Source: Ptychomitrium polyphyllum (Eukaryota). From it: a stretch of DNA of 64,000 nucleotides. Numbering within the stretch: the first letter of the stretch is position 1; the number at the start of each line of letters is the position of its first letter. Made by a program: the position numbers and the translations under genes. Of the stretch, positions 61,103 through 64,000 are shown in pieces. The notes under the pieces are model-generated. The model saw only the letters and a program-made list of their open reading frames with translations. It was not told where the DNA came from and did not search any database. The stretch covers positions 12,400,001 through 12,464,000 of the forward strand of contig OZ316775.1 in NCBI GenBank assembly GCA_973851085.1, in the 5' to 3' direction.

Positions 61103-64000
61103 GCACGTAAGTTTTGACAGACTATGTCAGAGTTGAAAGGAAGTGTGCTATTATGCCACTTTTTGCATAATTGGTGGAAACCCTTGTGATTATAGTTTAA
61201 TGAGCAAAGCATCCTGGAAGGTGTAATTTATGTGCTGAATGCAGATTTAGTGGTGTTTTGTTTAAGGGCTTGTGGTCTGCGAACTGAGAGTGATGTGAAT
61301 TATGACATCTCCCTTATGCTTTAATTTGTGCGTACCAGTACCACCATAGCCAGCCACCTGACCAAATTTCTGTCATCTAGTTCACAATACAGAGGATCAC
61401 TTTGTTCACATGATCACATGTTCACATGTTTTAATTTGGACTTGATCACTGAATGTCTGTGTCGTTGCGGTTAGCTTTTCTCCTTGGAAACTGAAGGAAA
61501 TAATCCTGCCCACCAATGTCATTTGTGTTCTATTGTTTATTTATGATTACGTCTGAGGAAATTCGTGCAGTTCTGAAGCTTATTCCTATAGAAACCGATT
61601 TAGGAACTTTACTCTGTGGTGGGTTAAATCTTCCAGTTAAGTACTTCTCTTGTTCCATCAGTTGGGCTAGGACATTTCATGAACGTTCTGATGTTGTGAA
61701 ACAAGTGCTGGCTGAGTTGCAGCCATTCCAGGAGAGAGCCTGTCAGGAGAATTTATCGTTGTGGAGGACCATCTACAATCATTTCAACTCATTAAATTAC
61801 TAGGTCAATGTCAACGAAGGGGCACACAAGTCAAGAACAAAGTACAGCTGCAGAATCACACAAATATACACTCTACAGAAAGTACTTTTGAATCATCCGA
61901 AATAGCGTCTTTCTTTGCCATTGACTACGGTAGCTGAATTCATGACGCCTCGAATTCAATTTTATTCTTAGTCAATCCTAAACTACACCCTCCAGGCACT
62001 TGACGATTTTACTCTGGTTGACGTTTTCTCTACTTCAAACAGCTTACTGTATACAACAGAATTCGATTCCAGGGATCTATTTAGTACCGCGTTAAACCAG
62101 ATATGAAAGTTGTCCAAGCCTTTCCTCTGGCAACGTCTTTCTTCCCAACTCACCGTAATATCTGTCTGTGTCAAAACTTTATCAACCCCTTGTGCAGTAC
62201 AACCATGTTGCTTGAAATCTTTGTCCTATCCCTTCTCCAAGTTTGGAAGCCTTTTTCAACATGATCTGGTTATTCCGACAACACTCAAACACACCTTTTC
62301 TATACTGAAACAGCAACTCTCTCCTCCCTACTCAGCTATTTTCCATCTGGGTCACCCTTACCCTATTCCTGGAAGTGTTGTCATATGCAATTGATGGATG
62401 CAGCAACGTCTATGCCACTCCACGATAATAGAAGGCCTCTTTCACTTTCCTTGCAAATCAGCTCATTTCCTGTTCAACCGCAATATGTTCACAGAGCTCA
62501 CTCCGGCCTGCGAGTTAGTCCTTGAACCAAGTAGAATCTGAGTGTCGTAAGGAATTCAATTGTTGTGACGATGCAGTGTGGACGAGGCAGCAGCTTAGGT
62601 GAAAGACTGGTGGAGAATTACACTGGGCTGCTGCCTCTGACGTGGAAGGCAGTGCTCCGTTACAAGGAGAGTAGATCAGGGAGTGGCAGCTATGAGAAAC
62701 CGGGCGAAAGGAGTGATGATGTTTTTGAGCAGTGGGGATCACGTGGAAAATATCTCCAATCTGCCAAGTCTAGCAGCATCAGCTTCATTCCATTCAATTC
62801 TTCTCGGAGACGGCGATGGAGGGTCATGTTCCGAGTGCCCAAAGTGCAAGGCAGCTAGGGAGTATTAAGGCCGACTCACAGACTTCGAAGACACTACTTT
62901 AATCTTCAACAGGATAGATATGTAAGATTAATATGCTTTTCCTTCACTTTTGGGTTTGTTGAGTGGATGTGGAGGTGAGCAGGAGCTCTTACAGCAATAT
63001 GTTTCCATGGAGTCACTGTTTTGTGAGGGAATTCTTACGGCCACGCTCTGGCTATCTAATTTCCTGACCGTGCCAGTCCAGGCTCTAAGGACATCATACC
63101 TAGCTTATTAAGCAAACGCTCAACTTTACTTTAGAGAATTAGTTCGCTCAAGTTCCATAGGTTCTGGCTTTAATTGATTGTTGAAGCTGAAGTCAACAAT
63201 GCTATGCCAGGGATCTGGAAACTCTCAGTTTCTCAACTACACGTCCATGTACTAGTCTAGCTCAAGTCCAGCTAAACGGTGTATACTGTGCATATAAGGA
63301 GAAAGGTGACAAATAATCTGAGTTACATCCACTGGTGTGGAGGATTTCTTTTCAATCCGGTTGTCCTCCAGGCTCTTGACCGCGCCTAGTTCCTGACTGC
63401 AGGCTTCTGTGTTGGACAAGTTGTAACTTGACTCACGTTCCATGCTTTTGTTAAAAACGAAGGGCACAAAGAATGCATGTTAGAACTGGCTGTAGAGATT
63501 CTATTTGCGGTGTCAGGGAACTAGGTTTCAAAGCCATTTGTACCATATGTCTTGAGGACCCTTGAGCAAAGATTGGGAGTAAACCTGAGCATGGATGCCT
63601 GCACAAGCATAAATGTGAGCTATCATGAGTAGTAAGGGGCACTTGTGGCAAACATTGAACGAATCAGTAATCAAAGAGATTCTATACTAACTTGTAGGGA
63701 TTGCACATATTGCTTGAAATATGATTTTGGAAAAAATTTGGAAAAAAGAACTTGAGTACTAAAAACAATATACACATTTATTTTAAATTCAAATTATTTG
63801 ACTTAAATTGAAACACATAATTTTCTAATTGATTGGATATAACAAATATATAAATTAAGTTCTTTGCTATTTGTATATAAAGTAATTTTTCTAATAGACA
63901 CATACTAAAAAAATAAAGATTTTTGCCTTTTATACAATAATGTTCATTAGCAAAATAACTTTATGTCATGATGAATAATATTAGAATAGTCATAAATATT

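Noticed and set aside
61500..63660. Genic-composition DNA with several short ORFs
   Set aside because: I could not assemble a consistent spliced frame or recognise motifs; possibly gene debris or UTR.

Overview
Eukaryotic land-plant genomic DNA. It is most consistent with a moss of the Physcomitrium/Funariaceae type; this is an inference from GC-richer intron-containing gene islands alternating with AT-rich, C-to-T-decayed chromovirus (Ty3/Gypsy) blocks. The genes are a 13-coding-exon VARICOSE/EDC4 decapping scaffold (minus, 9480-17948), a 16-exon ThDP-dependent acetolactate-synthase-like gene (plus, 41496-47329), a small zinc-ribbon (GIR1/2-like) gene (58030-58233) and an F-box pseudogene (~59924-61102). 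The transposable elements are a young but coding-dead full-length LTR element (49044-56794, minus), an older solo LTR of the same family with a perfect TSD, a decayed full-length element nested inside the integrase of another, and a stack of solo LTRs forming inverted repeats. The most interesting item is the ALS-like gene. Its protein follows the bacterial 'acetolactate synthase large subunit' (PRK08322-type) pattern rather than canonical plant AHAS, yet it has 15 spliceosomal introns and three in-frame AUGs behind a possible twin targeting leader. An unidentified decayed multi-exon gene (~21.9-25.1 kb) is also worth checking. Exon boundaries were read by hand from GT/AG sites and frame continuity; no database searches were run.
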